DNA of 40,367 nucleotides, taken from positions 1-40,367 of the IMG/VR virus record IMGVR_UViG_3300046045_000002; one strand, given 5' to 3'. Of this stretch, positions 36,987-40,367 are shown in pieces. The position numbers were made by a program, and so were the translations under genes. Every line of letters starts with the position of its first letter. Within the stretch, counting starts at the first letter, position 1. This DNA comes from a virus. The notes beneath the pieces were generated by a model. It was not told the DNA's origin. It saw only the letters and a list, made by a program, of their open reading frames with translations, and did not search any database.

Positions 36987-39425
36987 ATGAAATTCTCTGA
37001 CGTCCTCGCCCGGTTCGCTGATGTGGACGAGCAGCACGACGGCGGGTACCTCGCGCTGTGTCCGGCGCACATGGACTCCCGTCCGTCCCTGCGTATTTGG
37101 CGGGGTGACGACAACAAGGTTCGGATCACGTGCCGGGCAGGCTGCGGAACCGAGGCTGTCATAGCGTCGGTGGGGCTTGAGTGGCGCGACTTGTTCGAGG
37201 CGACCGGCGAGGGGCTGACGGTGCCCAAGGAACCGCCCGCCATGGTCGGCACGGGGCACATTGCTGCGCTTGCGCGCTATGTGGACGAGACATCGATGAT
37301 GCTCGGGGACTACGCCCAAGACTGGTCAACGCAAGCGCGCGAGTACCTCGACCGCCGGTTCGGCCTTTCCGTGGAACTCGCCGCCGAATTGTTGATCGGT
37401 GTCGATGCCCCGGACTGGCACTTGCCGTTCAAGCATTTGTCGTCGGCGTTCCGCGCCTACCCGCGTCTTACGGTTCCGCTGGTCGGTTTCGACGGCGTTG
37501 CCCGAGGCTTGCAGGGGCGGGACCTTTCCGGCCGTTGCCCGGGTCGGTGGCTGTCGCTCAGCAACCCCGAGGGGGCCGTGTGGGCGCCGTACGGCGTGTT
37601 TCACGGGCAGGGTGGCTACGGTGTCACTCTGGTGACCGAGGGGCCGGGAGACGCGCTCACAGCCGTTGCTGTCGGCTACAACGCCGTAGGGGTCCGGGGC
37701 GCGAGTCTCTCGCACAAGCCCGAGTTGATCGCTGAACTCGCCGAGGGTCTGCGCGGCACTCAGGTGATCGTGTGTGGCGACAACGACAACGCGGGCGAGG
37801 GGTTCACGCGCCGACTGGTCGAGGGACTCGCCGCCCACGGGATCGAGGTGTTCGCCCTCGAAATCCCGCACAGCGGCGACGACTTGACCGATTGGCGTAC
37901 ACGCGACCCTCACGGGTTCCCCCTCGCGCTGCACCGTGCCGTCAAGGCGGCTAGGCCGGTTCGCGACCGTGCCGAGGTCGAGGCGGCTGCCGTGTCGGCC
38001 GAACTCACCGATCGCACCGGCGCCGACACCGTGTCGGGTGACCAGGGCGCCGAGGCCGCAAAGATTCTCGCCGGTCTTATCAACCGGTACGGGGAATCCG
38101 ACGCCATGAACGCTCACGCGCTTGTGGCATGGACGGACGGCCGGATCAAGTACGCCCCGGGCCTCGGCTACTACGTGTGGAACGGCCGGACGTGGGAGCG
38201 TTCCGAGGTCAAGGTTCGGCAGGAAGTCCACCGCATGGGCGCTGCGCTGATCCTGGCCAACAAGCTAACCGAGGCTAAGCCGTTCACCATGACGACGCGT
38301 ATCGACGCGTTGCTTACGGAACTGCGTAGCGTGCCCTCGGTGCATGTCGACGCTGCGGCATTCGACGCCCGGCCGGACTTGCTCAGCTTCCGGAACGGGA
38401 CTGTCGACCTGCGCACCGGCACCCTGCGCCCGCACGATAAGCGGGACATGTTGACTTTCTCGCTGCCCCTCGACTACGACCCGTCGGCGCGCGCGGAGCG
38501 CTGGGAGCGGTTCATCGAGGAAGTCATGCCGGGCATGCCAGAAATGCCGTCGTACCTGCGGCGGCTGGTCGGCTACGGCATTACCGGCCACACGTCCGAG
38601 CAGTGTTTCGCTGTGCTGTGGGGAATCGGCGCCAACGGGAAGTCGGTGTTCACGGACACGCTCACCGAGGTGTTCAGCACGATCACTAAGACAACCCCGT
38701 TCGCCACGTTCGAGGACAAGGGTTCCGGCGGAATCCCCAACGACATTGCGGCGTTGCGCGGAGCGCGCTTGGTCATGGCGTCCGAGGGCGAGTCGGGTAA
38801 GGCCATGTCCGAGGCCGTACTCAAGAGGGTGACCGGTAAGGACAAGGTGACCGCGCGGTTCCTGCGGCAAGAGTTCTTCACGTTCGCCCCGACGTTCCTG
38901 ATCATGCTTGCCACGAACCACAAGCCCCGCTTTAAGGGGCAAGACGAGGGACTGTGGCGACGGGTCAAGATGATCCCGTTCCGCCGGTACTTTGCGCCCG
39001 AGGAACGTGATTACGGCCTCGCCGACGCGCTGTTGCGCGAGGCGCCCGGGATCGTGGCATGGGCCGTGCGAGGTGCTGTCGAGTGGTACCGCGAGGGACT
39101 CGCCGACCCGGGGCCCGTACGCAACGCCACCCGCGAATACCGCGAGACGTCCGACGCCCTACAGGGCTTCTGCCCGGGTGTGGTCGAGGTGACCGGCGAC
39201 GACAACGACCGGTTGCTAGGGAACGAGTGCTTTAACACTTACCTCGATTGGTGCGAGGCCGAGAACCTGCCGCAGAAGGAACGATGGACCCGGCAGGCTT
39301 TCTATCGCGCCATGGAAGAGCGCAAGGTGAAGCGCCGGAAGACGGCACAGGGGATCACACTGTTCGGTGTGCGCCTCGCCGACGCTGCGCCGGTCGAACC
39401 GGGCCCGGGAATCTTCGCTAAGTAG
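36987..39425 (+). CDS. Bifunctional DNA primase (zinc finger plus TOPRIM) / SF3 (D5/P4-type) helicase
   Basis: CPAHMDSRPSLRIW...CRAGC, TOPRIM-like VTEGPGDAL...VCGDNDNAGEGF, and Walker A WGIGANGKS with a P4/D5-type C-terminal region. Confidence 0.85.
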   Translation: MKFSDVLARFADVDEQHDGGYLALCPAHMDSRPSLRIWRGDDNKVRITCRAGCGTEAVIASVGLEWRDLFEATGEGLTVPKEPPAMVGTGHIAALARYVDETSMMLGDYAQDWSTQAREYLDRRFGLSVELAAELLIGVDAPDWHLPFKHLSSAFRAYPRLTVPLVGFDGVARGLQGRDLSGRCPGRWLSLSNPEGAVWAPYGVFHGQGGYGVTLVTEGPGDALTAVAVGYNAVGVRGASLSHKPELIAELAEGLRGTQVIVCGDNDNAGEGFTRRLVEGLAAHGIEVFALEIPHSGDDLTDWRTRDPHGFPLALHRAVKAARPVRDRAEVEAAAVSAELTDRTGADTVSGDQGAEAAKILAGLINRYGESDAMNAHALVAWTDGRIKYAPGLGYYVWNGRTWERSEVKVRQEVHRMGAALILANKLTEAKPFTMTTRIDALLTELRSVPSVHVDAAAFDARPDLLSFRNGTVDLRTGTLRPHDKRDMLTFSLPLDYDPSARAERWERFIEEVMPGMPEMPSYLRRLVGYGITGHTSEQCFAVLWGIGANGKSVFTDTLTEVFSTITKTTPFATFEDKGSGGIPNDIAALRGARLVMASEGESGKAMSEAVLKRVTGKDKVTARFLRQEFFTFAPTFLIMLATNHKPRFKGQDEGLWRRVKMIPFRRYFAPEERDYGLADALLREAPGIVAWAVRGAVEWYREGLADPGPVRNATREYRETSDALQGFCPGVVEVTGDDNDRLLGNECFNTYLDWCEAENLPQKERWTRQAFYRAMEERKVKRRKTAQGITLFGVRLADAAPVEPGPGIFAK

Positions 39426-39439
39426 CCGTCCGCTGTGGG

Positions 39440-39462
39440 GCACCTTCTAGTCACTAGTAGGT
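39440..39462. repeat. 23-bp palindrome copy 14 (centre tca; one left-arm mismatch), extended by gggg/cccc (39436..39466)
   Basis: caccttctagtcactagtaggtg followed by cccctttg. Ends 25 nt before the polymerase ATG. Confidence 0.9.
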
Positions 39463-39487
39463 GCCCCTTTGCTGTGCAAGGGGAGAC

Positions 39488-40367
39488 ATGCGCATCTATC
39501 AACACACCATTGCGGGCGACCTTGTTCACGTCTATGTGCCCGAGGACGTTGCCGACCTCGACGTGTTCCTTCGGTGGGCGCAGGATGCCGACCGTGTGGG
39601 CCCTATCGCCCTCGACACCGAGACGACCGGGCTCGATATCTACTCGCCTGCCTATCGGCTGCGTACGGTCCAGTTCGGCAACGCGCGGGAAGCGTTCGTA
39701 ATCCACTACGAGCGTGGGGGAGAGTTCGCGCGGGCAGCCGTCGAGGTGCTGCGTAACGCCCGCCGGTTCCTGATCCATAACGGCCCGTTCGATTGGCTAG
39801 TCCTCGACCGGCACGCCGGTATTCCGCTGGAGAGCCTCGCCCCGCGCACGCGTGACACAAAGATCCTGTCAACGCTGGTCGACCCCCGACAGCCGCAAGA
39901 GGGTGGCATAGGGACCGGCCTCAAGCCGGTTTCCGGGCACTACGTCGACCCGTCGGCGCCGGACACGCAAGGGGACCTTACGGCCGTCTTCCGGTCCCTG
40001 GGGCTCACTAAGGCCACGGGGTGGGCCGGTATCGACCTCGACCACCCCACCTACAACCTCTATGCCGGTCTTGACGTCATCCTTGCTGCCCGGGTCGAGC
40101 CTCGCCTCACAGCGGAACTCACCCGCCTCGGGGTGCGTGACGCCCTGGTGCAGTACGAGCACGAGATAGCCCGTATCTGCGCGCACATGCAGCGTGCTGG
40201 GATGGTGCTGGATATCCCGTACACGCGGAACCTGAACGATTCCCTCGGCGTCGAGGCGCGCGGCTATGCCGAATCTGCCCGCCGGTACGGCGTCGAGAGT
40301 GTGAACAGCACCCGGGCGATAGCCGAGGCGCTGATAGGCATGGGGGAGGTTCTCACCGAACGGACGG
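39488..40367 (+). CDS. DNA polymerase I (family A), N-terminal part with the 3-5 exonuclease domain; runs off the window end and continues at position 1
   Basis: ATG preceded by caaggggagac. Exo I-like IALDTETTGLD. The ORF is open to the end of the window and in frame with 1..1095. Confidence 0.9.
   Translation, partial: MRIYQHTIAGDLVHVYVPEDVADLDVFLRWAQDADRVGPIALDTETTGLDIYSPAYRLRTVQFGNAREAFVIHYERGGEFARAAVEVLRNARRFLIHNGPFDWLVLDRHAGIPLESLAPRTRDTKILSTLVDPRQPQEGGIGTGLKPVSGHYVDPSAPDTQGDLTAVFRSLGLTKATGWAGIDLDHPTYNLYAGLDVILAARVEPRLTAELTRLGVRDALVQYEHEIARICAHMQRAGMVLDIPYTRNLNDSLGVEARGYAESARRYGVESVNSTRAIAEALIGMGEVLTERT
40241..40367. repeat. 127-bp exact duplicate of 1..127 (circular-assembly overlap)
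   Basis: Base-for-base identity by direct comparison. It lies inside the polymerase ORF. Confidence 0.95.

Noticed and set aside
1155-39462. Whether the repeated 23-bp palindromes could be a CRISPR array.
   Set aside because: The copies are spaced 1-6 kb apart with whole operons between them. They are not separated by short uniform spacers, and there are no cas genes.

Overview
The window is a complete, circularly closed genome of about 40.24 kb from a temperate siphovirus-type actinobacteriophage with roughly 63-64% GC. Bases 1..127 are identical to 40241..40367. The family-A DNA polymerase ORF runs in frame across that junction (39488..40367 continues at 1..1095), so the duplication looks like an assembly overlap and not a biological terminal repeat.

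Almost all genes are on the + strand, in this order:
- DNA polymerase
- a long non-coding region
- a sigma-70-like factor
- small accessory genes
- the single minus-strand gene
- a zinc-ribbon protein
- a large serine integrase
- three tRNAs
- an HNH / papain-like peptidase / HNH block
- a probable cos region
- TerS, TerL, portal, prohead protease and major capsid protein
- a His/Arg/Lys-rich ORF
- connector and tail genes (major tail protein, G/G-T chaperones, tape measure, a 1156-aa minor tail protein, a C1q-like protein)
- endolysin plus three small membrane proteins
- dNMP kinase
- a 615-aa acidic protein
- the early replication/recombination module (RecB-like exonuclease, HNH, dCMP deaminase, primase/SF3 helicase)

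I could not recognise a helix-turn-helix repressor or a LysB.

The most unusual content is not protein-coding:
1. Fourteen copies of a 23-bp palindrome, all of them intergenic.
2. Seven copies of an 18-nt motif (GTAAACCCTTGCGCTCTA) in the same orientation upstream of early genes and of the tRNA cluster.
3. A duplicated intergenic module of about 230-270 bp. It contains a 93-94-nt element with 16-nt inverted arms built from tandem TGACGAA heptamers and an identical 27-nt core.
4. A marked difference in CTA-Leu codon use between genes (0 of 20 in the sigma gene, 9 of 20 in the protease gene), combined with a phage tRNA carrying a UAG anticodon.
5. A 174-aa ORF that is about two-thirds His, Arg and Lys, sitting between the capsid and connector genes.

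All functional calls come from reading motifs and gene order by eye. No database search was run.
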